Shown: positions 14,542 to 29,069 of the stretch, one piece after another
Layout of the letters: every line of letters begins with the position of its first letter
Numbering within the stretch: position 1 is the first letter of the stretch
Origin: Mytilus trossulus
Lineage: Eukaryota
DNA length: 64,000 nt
Assembly: GCF_036588685.1 (NCBI RefSeq)
Contig: NC_086375.1
Span: forward strand, 62,310,001-62,374,000
Direction of reading: 5' to 3'
Notes under the pieces: generated by a model
The model's database searches: none
Told to the model about the DNA's origin: nothing
The model's input: only the letters and a program-made list of their open reading frames with translations
Position numbers and translations under genes: made by a program

Positions 14542-14783
14542 CCCCTGCAAGAGTCCACAAGATCTCAATCGACGGAATGAAGCCATCATTGACAACACCA
14601 CTGCTTGGTCTTGGGAAGAGAGACTTACTTTGGAAAGATTTAGAATCAGAAAATTTTAAAATCGTAGCTTCAAATGAGATCAATGAAAATGCGTTATTCA
14701 AACGAGTAGTGCTAACCACCGCAGCTGGATGTGTGAGTTTGGGTATGGGATACATAAATTGGCAGCTCTGTTGTAAAAAATAA
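14542..14783 (+). CDS. Candidate exon of a small propeptide-like protein
   Basis: Acceptor gtttgttctaacag, open frame with GLGKR and FKR, ending CCKK-TAA with the stop inside AATAAA. No homology recognised. Confidence 0.3.
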
Positions 14784-16020
14784 ATGTATGTGAACTGGAT
14801 AATTTTTGTTCGAAATGTTTCAGTATAATCAGAATTGATTGATACAATTCATTTGCATAATACTGAAGACAGATATTAATATTTTATCCAAAATAGTTAT
14901 TGATATAACTTGTTTTTGTATTTATTGTTTCCAAATACTTTTTTGATACTGGTGTCATTTTGTACGCCTTTTAGGTGTATACATAGTTTATTTACGGAGT
15001 ACAGTATTGATTTACAAACGATAAAGTGTCCTCGTAAGAAAGATAGTTGAATATTATCTGGAGGTTTTACATAACGATAAAGTGTCCTCGTAAGAACGAT
15101 AGTTGACTATCATCTTGAGGTTTTACATATAAATGTATACATATCATATACAACTCATTAATGGACTTCACGTATGGACGTTTTTCAACTTCACTTACTT
15201 GAAAACAAAATGAAATCCTAGATGAAAAGATCGTACATAAAAAAATGTATAAAAAGGTCAAAAACCGAAAGAGTGAATAGTTTTCATATTTTACTTGTAT
15301 AACATAAAACTATGAAGTCTCAATTTAACCATAAATCCGACCTCTCGACTATCATAATTTAAGCTTTATCATGATTAAGTCAAACTGAATTAAAATTGGG
15401 TAAAGGCTTTATCATATTCTGAAATTAAATACCATCTTTGAAATAATAATGTGTTACAGTATAAAACATAAAAATACAAATATGATCCTAAAACCAAATA
15501 GGACAGTAAACTTTGTCAGTTGTGCTTAATAATTATAATTGAAATTGAGATGTATCCTTTAACGCCCTACTTGTATATATGAAATATTATGTTGCGTTGA
15601 TAGTACAGGACAGTCATTTACTGAACTTAATAGATTTCAAAGACAACTAGCATTTACTGTGGAAAATTGTATGGATCCTTTCTGATATCTAAATCAAATA
15701 AGTAAATGTATAGTATATCAATGTCTTACTTATAAATGCATTATAATAGAGGTTAAAGGAGAGGGTTGAGATCTTACAAAACATGTTGACCCTCGCCGCG
15801 TTTTTGCGCCTGTCCCAAGTCAGGAGCATCTGGCCTTTATTAGTCTCAGGCTTAAATGGTTTTTTTTTTCTAACTTTGTACTATACTTTACATGAAGCAG
15901 AATTAGTGCTGCTTGTAGAGATACCTTATTTTTCAGTTTGTTGCAGTATTTAATAGATGCATGATTATGTTCAAGTTGGAGTTTTGAGAGCTGTTAAATT
16001 TATTATCTCGCATAACCTTT

Positions 16021-16740
16021 ATCCGGCGTTTCGCATTTGCGCCGATCTGCATTTCATTTGCGCCGATTTTTTCTTTCATTTGCGCCAATTGTTTTTTCAT
16101 TTGCGCCGATTTTTTTACAGGTGAATAGATATAAGAAGATGTGGTATGAGTGCAAATAAGAGAACTCTCAATCCAAGTCATGTTATTTTTCATTTATAAT
16201 TTTAGACCTCTTCCATTAGCCATTTGTACAAATGTGATGAATTTCCAATTTTAACATTTATATAACTGTTGTCCCCTGCTCACGGCTATGGGGAGATGGA
16301 AGAAGGCCTACAAGATACACCTCCAGACTTTTCCTTGACAGTACCCGTAGTACTTTAACCTCTGTCTTTCGGACATCTGCCACATGTTTAGGCTCGATCA
16401 GTGTTTTGACAATAAAATCCGTGGTGACTATGGCTTTACACGATTTATGGTACATTTGAAAGATATGTTGTTATGTTTCAGGACACTAACCTTCCGATAT
16501 GTATGCCCCTCGATGATTAAAGAATTGACTCCTCGGCTCGTTTCAGTGTGTAATATGTCCATCGTGAAATACGTAGTTCCAGAACAATATAAATCAAAAT
16601 TAACTTAAACATAAATGAACAACCAGATTTTATAAATGGTACAGTACAGTACATGTACAAGTATTAACTTACCTGTAAATCTAATTAGGAGCAAATATAA
16701 AATCGGCGCAAATGAAAAAATGAAATCGGCGCAAATGAAA
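16021..16740. mobile_element. Element ends with inverted arrays of catttgcgccgat
   Basis: 4 copies at 16033-16110 and 2 reverse copies (atcggcgcaaatg) at 16702-16737, each adjoining an acaggt/acctgt motif. Confidence 0.65.
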
Positions 16741-19700
16741 GAATAAACATTTTCAAAATCTTGTTTATCTGTAATGAAATGTCTCCACAACTCAGACATC
16801 GATTGTGATATATCCATCATTCTAAGCTATTTGTTTTGTAGATCATTTAAAAAAAATCTCAACATAACATACTTTACATATCTATGTAAATTTATACTTG
16901 ACGAATGTAATTTTAGCTATATAAAAATTAAATACAATATGAACTATAAAATTAAAAAAATGCCTGGTTTTGTTTATGATATTTCATGATTTCTAAATAA
17001 TAGAGATTGGCATAGGAATTAATTTCAAATTGCATGTCTTCTTCTTATGGGTACACATTCAACATCAGTGCTGTATATCCCGAAGGTTGATGTGCAGATA
17101 TGGTTAAAGCTATCAGTTATGTATAGTTTATCAGTAAAACAACTATTAAAATATGCTAAAGATGTTGAAATCTTATATTTGCTCCGTTGAACAAAAAATA
17201 ATATTAAGTACAAAAATGTTTAATTCAGAAATTTCGTCATCAAACCGTTTAATTTAACCAAAATTTTATGCATATATAATTTCATCGTACTCATCAGATA
17301 AGATATCATCTCCAAATAAAAAGGCGTTTAACCTCACCTAGAATGGATACCTAACACAGTTTGTTAACCCTCACGATAGCTTCCTGATGAGAGATCATAT
17401 GTATACAGCTCAGAAAGGTTATATCGCCAAAACTGATACAAGCACGCAATGATCGCCATTGGTTAGATGGATTGGTGTAGATAGGTTGGTGACAAAACAG
17501 GTTTTAATCATATGCCTCTAAGCGATACACGGCCTATCATGAAGTTTGATAATTTTTGGGGCTTGATCAATCGATCATACGGCTGATATCTGTGTAAAGC
17601 TGGAGAAAGTTGACCTTAAAAGCATTTTTAAAATATTACTACGATTTTTTTTATTTGAGTTCGCAATTAAATTCTCAACGCTTAAGTAAGCTAGTGCGTC
17701 TTTCTCTTCTATTTCGTAATTCTTGAGTATGTTTCGCCTCCATCGTGATTAGTCCTTTTCTGTTATTACTTTACTAACGTATCCTCTTCATCCCAATTGG
17801 GACATAAGGCCTTTTCTGTTATGGTTATATAGAAATTGTAACAAAACATGCAAGAAGAATGAGTTTCCTTCCGATAATGAAATAAACACCAAAGCATCTC
17901 AATTGTTTGGTAAAATTATTTTGTGTATAAATTGAAATTTCTACATGACAAAGTCTATATATAGTATGAACTCTTTAGTTCATCACTGAAAACATTCCAA
18001 TAACTCTCAAGAAAATCCAATCGATCATTCCCTGTTTTGTTTCATGTACATCCATTCTACCTTTTCTTATTTTCGAAACTAGTTGTCTCTAATACTGTTG
18101 ATCTAGTCAAACGTCTGAAGCTGTCAAACTGAATTTTAGACCCCCTGGACACAGAATTGTCAATATTTTGAGTTGGAGCTGGTAGAAGTTTCTGCACTCT
18201 TATTTTTACTACCATTTACAGTTATCGAGTGCCTGTTTTTACTTGGCAATCGTTTTGATTTGTATGTCCTTTGTTGGGCAACGAATGACGAGATTTCTAG
18301 GAAGAGTTCCTCTGTCATTGATATGAAACGGATAGGTTAAGTAATGATACTCACTCATATGTCAACACTCTCGCACAGCAAAATTGTATTAATTGTATTG
18401 CATATCAAGGTTATTCAAATATTATGAAAAGAAATATGATATTAGATCCACAACAGAACTGGCATGACAAAGTCAGGATAATTTTACATATTTGCTCGAC
18501 ACCTAAGTTAATTGATCAACTATGAACTATATCAAACATATCATCCTTCCTCAAAAGATATTAGTATGGGACTTTTAAATATCATTAATCAATTATACAG
18601 ACTATATTAAGGTGTCGGATCTTAAAATTAGGGTGAAATGGAGTAGTTTTTTTCATAATCATACTAAAAATCTTTTTGAACTCGGTCTAAATACAAAAAA
18701 CATATAATGTCCTTTAGGGCATCGATGATAACTAGTTAGTGTCTCTCGTTATTTCGCACATTTACACATTTAAAACGACTATTACTGTCATAATAATCAG
18801 GTTTACACAGAGTCGCGAATTACTGTTCTCGCATTATCATAGGTCAAGCTTCAAACTTTTCATGTACATCTTAAATATTTCATTTCTACATAAAAACCTA
18901 GCTTTCGGTTGTTTTTTTGTATCATTCTATATTTTATCCAGTTTTATTTATTAAATCATATTTTATAAATAATAAAGGATAAGGAAATTGCAAATAGCTA
19001 CTTTTTCACCCATTTTAAATCTCTGAGGTTGGCTCGTCTGCAAGCTGCATTTTCAATCGCTTGAAACACTGTTGAAGCTAGAAAAGCATAAAACTCCACA
19101 GATGTACAAAATTTTAAACCAGCAGCGTGAATAGAGGCCAAATTACCAAGATGGTCTCAAACCAAATCGACAGAACTATTATAGATTTTCACTGTCATGA
19201 TAAAGTGGCAGCAAATAAATAAGCATCCAAAATTGATTGAATTTGACCCATGCTAACATACCATCCAGTAGCAATTATATCGAAGTTTCTAATAAGTATC
19301 TTACCTTTAGTCTTATAAAGTTTATGTTTTATTCCCCTTGTATGGATTGAGATACTTAATCCAGAAAATGAAACTTTATTCCAAATAGAGAAAGAAATCT
19401 GAAATGTCAGCAGGTTGTTCGGCACTAAATTTATCAATGAAACTTGATTTCTAGTCCTAGTACGATCTAACAGAACAGGTGCTTGGTTTAAATGACCCAG
19501 ACACCACTGTGCACTGTAAACATGTATATCATACCGTTATAGGTAGTCGGTTGTCTTTACCTGTATCACCTAAAATAACGGGACAGCCTTTCATATCAAA
19601 CAAATGTAAACATACTTTTTTTTATACAAATGCATGTATTACATTCATTGCTTACTAATGATTGAGTTTATTAAATAAATGTCAAAAACCTTTCATTATG

Positions 19701-20220
19701 TCCTTGAGCCCAAGTTAAGAATTTGAAGAAAAAAAATCTATGCTTTTTTCCTTTTAGTTTTTGCTTTTTTCACCGAATTTTTAATCGATGACTTAAACCA
19801 AATTTTTGCACATTACTCTATTCAATATCAAATGTTTCAGAGTGTTTTAAGTGCTTTGTATTTATCATCCATAGAGCAGGATAGGAAGATTTATATGGAA
19901 AAATCAAAAGCTGTACCATAAAAGGCAGAACAGAGTGCGGCACAGATATCTGAAAGATAACAGTTTACTCCTGCTAACAGAGAAAAGCATGAACACGAAC
20001 TTTCAAAGATTATATGTTTCATCGAAAAAGAAATATACATATACAAGATTATACAAGATTATATAATATATGTGATTTAATTATGTTATGTTGAGTCGCT
20101 GACCGTTTTGTTGAAACATTGATAATCAAAATATTTAAAATAATTACGGGAAATGGACCAGGTTTTTCTAATCTCAGTTAATAATTTAGGTCTCATTTTC
20201 GCTTCGAATACGTGAGCCAT

Positions 20221-20450
20221 AAGATACCAAAGCAACATTGAAACTCATAAGTCGAAAGTAAACTGTCAACGCCATGGAAAGCTAGAAAGACAAAAAACTA
20301 AACATAAAATAGAAAACTGAAGACTGAGCAACATGAACCCCACAAAAAACTAGGGGTGATCTCAGGTGTTCCAAAAGTGTATACAGATGCTCATCAAAAT
20401 GTGGCACCCGTCGTGTTGCTGGTATAAGTTTAAACCCGGTGATAGGTCTA
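20221..20450 (+). mobile_element. Interspersed retroelement-tail repeat
   Basis: aagataccaaag…actgagcaacatgaacccc…ctcaggtg…ggcacccgtcgtgtt; reverse fragment at about 9345-9390 and head fragment at about 23676. Confidence 0.6.
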
Positions 20451-23400
20451 TGTCATTCAGTGATTGTTTATCGCAAGCTTATAAGTGTACCGAATAAAGA
20501 AGAAGAAGAAAAATTGTTAGTTATAGTGCAACCTGAATATAAAGTATATCGTTACATTAAATACATAATATAAAACTTCAGCCAGCCAAATAGGCTTATG
20601 ATGTACTGGTATATATTTCTATTTCCCTAAACGAGAAAAAACTTGATGCATTTGTTTTTGTGTGGGTTTACGACATAATTTATTGTAACCTTATGGTCTC
20701 AATATTTTAAGATACTGTCTCATTGATAGCGTATTAATTTATCCGCTCTATTTAGATGACATTTCAAGTTAAAAGCAAACAAACAATATTAGATTAAAAT
20801 GTCAATTTTCATAATCTCTGAAAAACGAATTTTCAATACAGAAAACACCCAGGTTCTGTCTATTTACATTACAACGATTGGAATTTTGATCGCCAATATG
20901 TGAGGAATTTATAATTTGATAAAACAAATCTTTTTTGAAAGCAAAAAAGTTCAATATCTAAGTGAACTTGAAATCGTCTTTAACAATACAGAGAAATATA
21001 GTTTCTTTTTTTTAACACTTGAATATAAATCTATTGCACTAAAAAAATGATAACAGTGACCCTACCGCTACAGCGTTAACTGTAAAAAACACCTTATAGT
21101 CTCTATGGAAAACACAACACAGACCGTGATTCCAGGTTCCTTACACATGCAACCCAATACAGACCTTTGTGTTTATATCTTAAAGACAACCCAACGTTTC
21201 TCAACAAAATTAAAAATGTGCAAGTGGTCAAGTGAAATCAACTGACAGGAGGATCAAAATATTATTACATCAATTTGCAGAAAGAAAAAGATTGTATAGC
21301 CAGCAGAGATTTCTTCTTAAATTTAACTATTGGAGTTGTTAAGGAATCCGAACGTATCAAAAGTTGTAATACTGACACATTTAAAACTCGTAAATATAAA
21401 GCACATGCATAAAATCAATCAGAAAAATACTTTTGCATTTGAAGGATAACTAACAAGTTTTGTTTACACAAAATATAGGAACTCTAAATAATTCCTGGAC
21501 TTGGGTCTTCACCATTCCGGCAGTAAAGGCATCAGTTACAACTTCACACATTATGTAAACTATGTTAATGTGTATACCCGAAGGACGAATAAGTTATCGT
21601 ATAATTTATCAGCTATAAATGTTGATAATCAACGTGATGACATTAAGAATAATATTTGAGTGATAAAATCTTCACTAACTTTTGAATCTGTTACACGATG
21701 TATATATGGGCATAACACTGGGTTCTGTTGATAAGTCGTAATCAGCAAAAAAGACAGTATATATTTACTAGCAGTGTAAACGCTTAGCTGACAAAAAAAA
21801 TCACAAATAAATATCTACGGCCAACTTCCCCCGAATTACTTTCAATACCAAAGACAAAATCCGAAAGGTTTTAAAACATTTTGGCATTAAAAAATAGAAA
21901 GTCTCAATGTAACGTAATATTTTTTGACAAACACATACTAGGGCATGGTATCAAACATTTTACTTTAGCTCAACATTGTCCAAACATGATTTACCAAAAA
22001 ATGAGGCTTTGTGACATCAATAGACTATAAAATTGTATTATATTTATTAAAACGCCATTAAGTGTTTTCACTATTAAAAACACACATGCAGCTTTTTAGC
22101 AACGACTGGAACACTCCTTGAAAATGGCCATTCTGCGTTAAATAAATCCAGGGGAAACTGACCCTACCTTTTTGGTGTTTTCTATTCACAGAGCAACCAA
22201 TATAAAAAAGAAGATGTGATATGATTGCCAATGAGACAACTATCCACAAAAGCCCAAAATGACATAAACATTAACAATTATATGAGGCCTTCAAAAGTGA
22301 GCAAAGCCCATACCGCATATAGTCAGCTATAAAGGGCCCCGATAAGAAAACTATTATCATCAAATGTGACCATCGTATAGACCAAGTGATAAAACATAAA
22401 TAAGAAAAATAAATCGTAATACGAGAAACTTTTATTTTCTTACATAAACACATAAATGTTATGTGGGCTTAATATGTTTACTCAAAGTGACATATATGGT
22501 TTTTATAATATGATATAATTAGAAAATATAAATATGGTAAATAAAATGTTTAATTTATTACATAGACGATCTGTAGACCATAAAGATACTATCTAAAATT
22601 TCAAAAAGACATGAATACAAAAATACCTGGATGAAATATATTTATTTTGATTTTGTTATGCTAATCAGCCTGTGTTATTTTTAACAACTCTTCACAGTAA
22701 ATGTTATAATATAAAGCTATAGCTATTAACATATTACTGTTGATTTTCTTGCATTTTTCCATAATCAGGGAAATGTTTGTCAAGACAATTTGTTAAAGTG
22801 AATAGATAGCTGGCCTTTATGTCTGTCTTTTTTACACTATACATGTTTGTTATCTTATACACAAAAGCGTCCTTGCTGAGAAAGCGTACAAAAAAACTAC
22901 AGATTGCTAGTTGGAAGGGAGCTAATATATTCACCAGTTCCACACTGCAATGGAGGAATAACACTGACAAAGTTATACACACACGCTGATATCAACTTTC
23001 GTCTTGGGTCAAACGATCAGGGGTTATAGCCACCTTGGAAAACAAAATTGTAATAACCCTGATCAAACGATTGTGGTAAATAAAACAAATATGGGTATTA
23101 TATTTAATGTAACATATTTTAAGTGATAAAGTGTCCAGATAATCTCAGCCAATTCGTTAAAATGAAGATTTTAAGATCATCATTTCGGGATTGATATTTT
23201 TCATATATTTTCATGTTTGTTTGATTGTTCTGTGTGATTGTAAGTATTCGTTTTCTTTTTAATTCTTCGTCATAATATCTTCACTAAAAGCAAATAATAT
23301 TTCCCTGCCTTTTCTTGCGTATGAAACTATTAACATTGAGTATAAAGTAATGGATATAAATTATTGGAATGCACATTTATCTCGTCAAATTAACCCTGGT

Positions 23401-25945
23401 ATCAGGTATATCACACCTTTAGTATATTTTAGAGCTGTGTATCCACAGGGTAGATGATCAGATACCATCTAATTTATGTTGGATTCTCATCTTTATGTTC
23501 ACAAGATAAATAGGTTACATAAAATCAAAGGTATAATCGTTTACACCTGCTTGAACGACTGTGGTGTTGTCTTGTAATTCTGTAATTTGGGGCGCTTTAC
23601 AAAACCTATTTTGTTCAAGTTGGAGATCGACTTAGACGAATCGTCTTCATGTTTATAACGTGGAAGAGAGGCGAAATACCAAGACAGTAACATTCAAACT
23701 CACGAGTTGAAAATAAACTGAAAAAAAAAAAAAAAAAAAAAGAAACAGACAAAATCATTTAGTTATATCCCTTATCTAATATATTGAGGTAGTTAATTAC
23801 AAATTTTGTACTTTGAACTTTCCAGAAATTTTAGGTACAACAGCAAATAAATATTGACTACAAAGACGATCATATCAAAGTTGTTCTATTTTATTAAAGT
23901 TCCGTATTATACACCGACTATCAATTCTATTGTATATATTCTATATTCTAAATATACCCGATCAAATATATCTTCACTACCAATGGATTAAAAGCTAAAA
24001 GTAACCGAACTGCCATATCAAATAAGGAAAGACTAGAAGAAATGTACTGCAGATATATTCTAAAGGTCAAGAAATTGTCTCACTTGTTTTTTTTCAATCA
24101 AATATCTAAGGCTCTTATGTTAACGAGGTGTATAATGTCAATATTATTTCGTTATGTCAGGTACTTAAAAAAACTGCAAAATATTTCACACATATCGTTT
24201 ACAAAGCTATGAAATGTGAATTACTGGTCTTTTTTATGAAAAGGTAGATGTTTTATATAAGTTTCATGTTTACGTATTCAACAAGAGGCTTTTGATTTCA
24301 TCAAGTCGTTCCCCTTGATAACAAGCGTATATAATATACGTCTCTTGTAATACTAGTGATATCAAACATCTCACAATTACCTTGTAAGATGAATTAGTAG
24401 ACGCCTGTTGCATTTACAGGAATGTCTAGTTCATCTTAACACCAAAAAAAAAACAACCGACGACATGTTAACAATGAATCTGTTTTCTAAAATGATTCAA
24501 TATATGATATATACCACATTGTAACGATATTGTTTTTATTTACAGACACCTGCACCATTTACAGAAAATTGTCAGTCACGAATAGTTTCGATGTATTTGT
24601 GCAAGTTCAATGCGTATTTCTAAAACACCAGGCAATGAGAAAGATATGACGGCTAAATTAAAAGATCTTGAAAGGCAGCAGTTATTGCTGTTCTTGTAGT
24701 ATCCTCAGTTTCAAGTCCACATGCCTGTATATTTCAATCGAAAATACTTACACATATTAAAATTACTGAATGAAAGGACATTATCAATATATCTAACCCC
24801 AAAGGTTTACTAGGTTATGTAAATGAGGTTATCACTAGTAAATCGTTGCTTAAGATTACAGGATAAATATATGAATATATACTAAATAAACGAACTTATT
24901 AATAAGTGTATTCATTATACTAGTAAATAAACATATTTAAAAAATTAATCTTAAATAATGTTTAAGACGGGCGATCGTATTGCTGTGCAACTGAGATGTC
25001 AAAGTGCGCGGCCATTCGATGCATCGTGCCAGGTGAACCTCACGCTCGGGACTTCACAATGTGTCTGGTTGAAAGGCAAAATATCGTACATATTCTCCTT
25101 TCAAGTGGAATTTCCATTTCCTCCATCTCATACAGAACATACATATTTTATCATTTTTTTATGATGCATAAGTCGGCAAGAATTTCAAGCATCTTTTTCA
25201 TAAAAACTTTACCTAAATAAAAACGTGCTTTGTGAACGAACTTAAGATTTCCTTTGTAATATACACAAAAGGGATATAAAACAGGAATCGCCGTAGATAT
25301 TGCACAGTCCAACCACCGATCTCTTTTACTCGAAAGGCATGAAACTAGATTATCTTCATTTTTTATTTTTTATTTTTTGTTTTAAATTTAATTGTCCACG
25401 AATGATAAAAAGAAATCTAAATCAGAACATGTATTTTTAGTTTTTTAATTGTTTAAAATTCCTATTTTCTTTTATATCTACAAAAATTTCAACAAGCGCT
25501 TTGACCTATAATGGTTTAATTTTACAAATGGTGACTTGGATGGAGAGATGTCTCATTGGCACTCATACAACATCTTCGTATATCTATTTATGGTAGATAG
25601 ATTGTCTATAATAATCAAGGACAGTTATCTTCGAAAGCAAAACAGTCAATTTGACAAGAAAATTATGTTAAGACTTAATATAAAACTTTTAAACAAGCAT
25701 GGTAAACAAAAGGATACGGTATATAACCATGTAATTGACAGATGAAAATAAAAATTATAAGGTCGAGGAATAAAAAAAATACCACCCATTTGATTCGTTA
25801 ACAGATAATAAAAAAAGATCATTTAGAATACAGTGAACCATGTGTTTTATGGAGCGATTTGAGGTGAAAAATATCTACTTTATTAACCACAGATTTAGGC
25901 TGTTCTCGTTTTTTTCCCGTGAATTTAATTTTTGAAGCAAACTGG

Positions 25946-26040
25946 TAATTTGATTGATTGGTTGATTGATTGATTGATTGGTTAATTGATATGTTGATTG
26001 ATTGATGTTTGCTTAACGTCCAGTGGTTAAATATTTGAAA
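25946..26040 (-). repeat. (caat)n SINE tail
   Basis: Minus strand reads ccactggacgttaagcaaacatcaatcaatcaa…, the same tail as the 49.3-kb SINE. Confidence 0.75.
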
Positions 26041-29000
26041 GACTACCTGAATGATAAAAGAGATTTCAGAATTAAAGACAAAAAGAATGAAGACAAACGT
26101 TTGTATGGCCTTTTTCAACAAGTTTCAAAATAACCACTTTTCCAGCCTGAGAAATATACTGCCTTGAATGTCAATTAAAACACAACACCGACACGTTTTA
26201 CTTGTAATAAATCCACACTGACTGGTCTTCTTCGGAAATCATCAACCAATCGTTTTACGACTTAAATCATATTGACCAGATATGGTGCTCTTACGAAAAA
26301 AAAACACTATAGTCAACACAAAGTCCGAAGGAGCGAAGAAGAAATAATATTCATACACAAAAATGTATTGTTCCATATTAACGGCAAATGAGGGGCAACA
26401 TTAAATACACATAAACACATATTGTGGCGAAGGTAACCTGCTAATAATAATGGGAAAATTGACAATTTGAAAACTGTGTAATAACGTTTATAATATAGTT
26501 GTTTCATTCTTATCTTTCATTACTAGCTTATGATAAAGTGTATAAATTGTCTTAGCCGTATTCAAAGACTGCTGAAAACTAAATAATGGTAAGAGTATGA
26601 TTCAGAGAATGGTTTACATAAGTTTGAATGGAGCAGCGCAAACTAATTGGATGCAATATTTAGACCTTTTACGAAAATTTGTTGTGCTCTGAACATCTCA
26701 TACCTTGAATTACAAAAAATGTACAAATAAAAACACTGATAAGTATTTTCATCAAAAAAAGAAAAGAAACAGAAAAAAAAGAATTTATGACGTCTGTGCT
26801 GTAACAGATATTTTATTTCAAATGTCAATATTTCGACAATCATCAGAAAAGATGAACTTTAATAATGACACTAATTTGAGTATGTTTGACACAAACCAAT
26901 TTTAAGGCTAATAAATGAAAATTGCTGCACTTTATCAGAATGTCATTCAGTTTTTGTTCAATTACATCATACATACAAATAGAAATGTCAAAATGTAAAA
27001 TGGACACAAACGGATTATATAATTGGTACTTTTTGTCCTTTGAACCCAGCTACCATTCAAATAATTAAGCTATGGTTGATCTTGAAAAGAGCAATAACTG
27101 AAGCCAGAGAAATTTCAGACAAAATAACAGACCAATGACTCTGCCGGTCAAACAAATATACTTTTAAATATCAATAAAGCTGATATGGTCGGACGGTGAC
27201 CTATAATTTACTACATCTGAGCCATAATTTGTCCTGTTGGATAGTTGTCTCATTATCACATCTTCCTATTATCTTATACTACAGTGTGAGTTAAAATCTC
27301 ACTATTTAAATGATGTAGCATTCTAACCATTAACCCAAAAAGCGGAACAGACAGAACATAGTATGGTTTGAATCTAGTACACGTTCACATGACATGTGAA
27401 ACTCTGAAATAGCACCGTGTTTAGACAAGTTGTCAATAACTTAAAACAGAAACTAATTTATATATACATTTATAATACGTTCTGTATCTAATTTATTTCT
27501 TTGCTCTCACACATGCACAGACATTCAATTTGGAGACCAACAAGTTTATCGGGTATTTTACATGTTAGTAGATAAATCACGATTAATGTCGGCATGATAT
27601 GAAGTTGTGTTTTAAACACTGCATTTAATTTAATTGTGATCAATTGCAAACAAATCCATGTTGGCGGCAATTTCATTCATTTTATATTTAACTCTTAGCA
27701 ACCTGTAAATGTCATGAGAATTAAACATGTTCCAATGTATTTTTCTGTCATAGTAAAAAATATTGCTTACAGTAGAACAAGTCGATTATATTTTCGCTAC
27801 AGTATTGATAATCCTTAACAACAGAGACTTTAAAGGTTGTTTAATTTTTTTTTAAAAGAAGGCACAAGATAAATGCAAGCTTGCAAAATGGTGTGATTTA
27901 CATAAAGTGTTATATATTTGTATTGACCATGAACCATATTATAAAAGAATAGAATTTTGTTCTTAATATGGATTGGCAAAGTTCTATCTTTTTCCTATTA
28001 CCAATATGAATTAACACTGATGAGATGTTTCTTTTTGATATGGACAATGGTGTCTAACTATAAAAACAAAGTTAGCAAGTATGGTAAAGATATGGCAAAC
28101 GTTAATTAAATAAATATATGCTCAACAGTTGCATATATGAGTAACAGTTCTATAGTAAGATGTTATGAAATTCCAGAGTTTTCAAATCAAGATTCATAGC
28201 CATTGACATAAAATTGACTTTATCAAACTATTTCAGATAAAAAAAAACAATTCTATAGAAAGAAATAGATAACAGTGAAAGGATATAATATAAATAGGTA
28301 CATATAATCACATAAAATATATCATAAAATAAAACAACTTTCCTACCTACCTTTTGTGTATGTCTTTACTTTGTCAGCATTAAAAGTACGTTTTGAAGAA
28401 TGAGACTTGAGATTAATTTGAAAATTCCTAATGCCAACTAAAAGGCCATGAAACACAGAAATTATCAATGAATTTGGTCTATCCGGTTACACTTTTATTA
28501 ACTATCATTCGTTTTAAAGCGACCTAATAATCAGTACGCGTTAGTATTTTATAAAACATTTAACATCTAGTACTATTGGTATTACAGGTAGTTGTACCTG
28601 TTACACTGAAATAACGTCATGCACTATGATATCATTAAATTTGAAAAGTTAAATTTGAAAATGTTTGTTTAAGATAACTGTATAAAGGATAAACTTTTAT
28701 CAACTATTATGATCTAGTTGTACAACTTATAGTAGTAAGAGATGCACAAATGTATCTTGTGCAAAACTGTCGACCTTTTTTGTCCAAATAACAACATTAG
28801 TAAAACAAACCACCTGTTTCTTTCAAATTACTATTATTCCTAATATATCTTCCATTTTTTACAACCCTGTACTCATTAAACCCTTTGTTCAAATCATCAC
28901 TTATGTTTGTTGTGTCTACAATGTTTCGTAGTCAATATATGAAGTGTCTGACATCCAGAGTTTATCTTAAACTGTTAAATACACGTTGTAATACGTGAGA

Positions 29001-29069
29001 AGGATACTAGGAATTCTCACAAATATTGGACACAGCACAACATACGATAAAAAAACACACCTTCTCCGT

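Noticed and set aside
15016-15125. 57-bp tandem duplication (similar small ones at 48166-48222 and 56240-56345)
   Set aside because: Ordinary slippage duplications with no further structure.
25819-26121. 100-aa ORF with QSIN repeats
   Set aside because: Translation of a (caat)n microsatellite tail.
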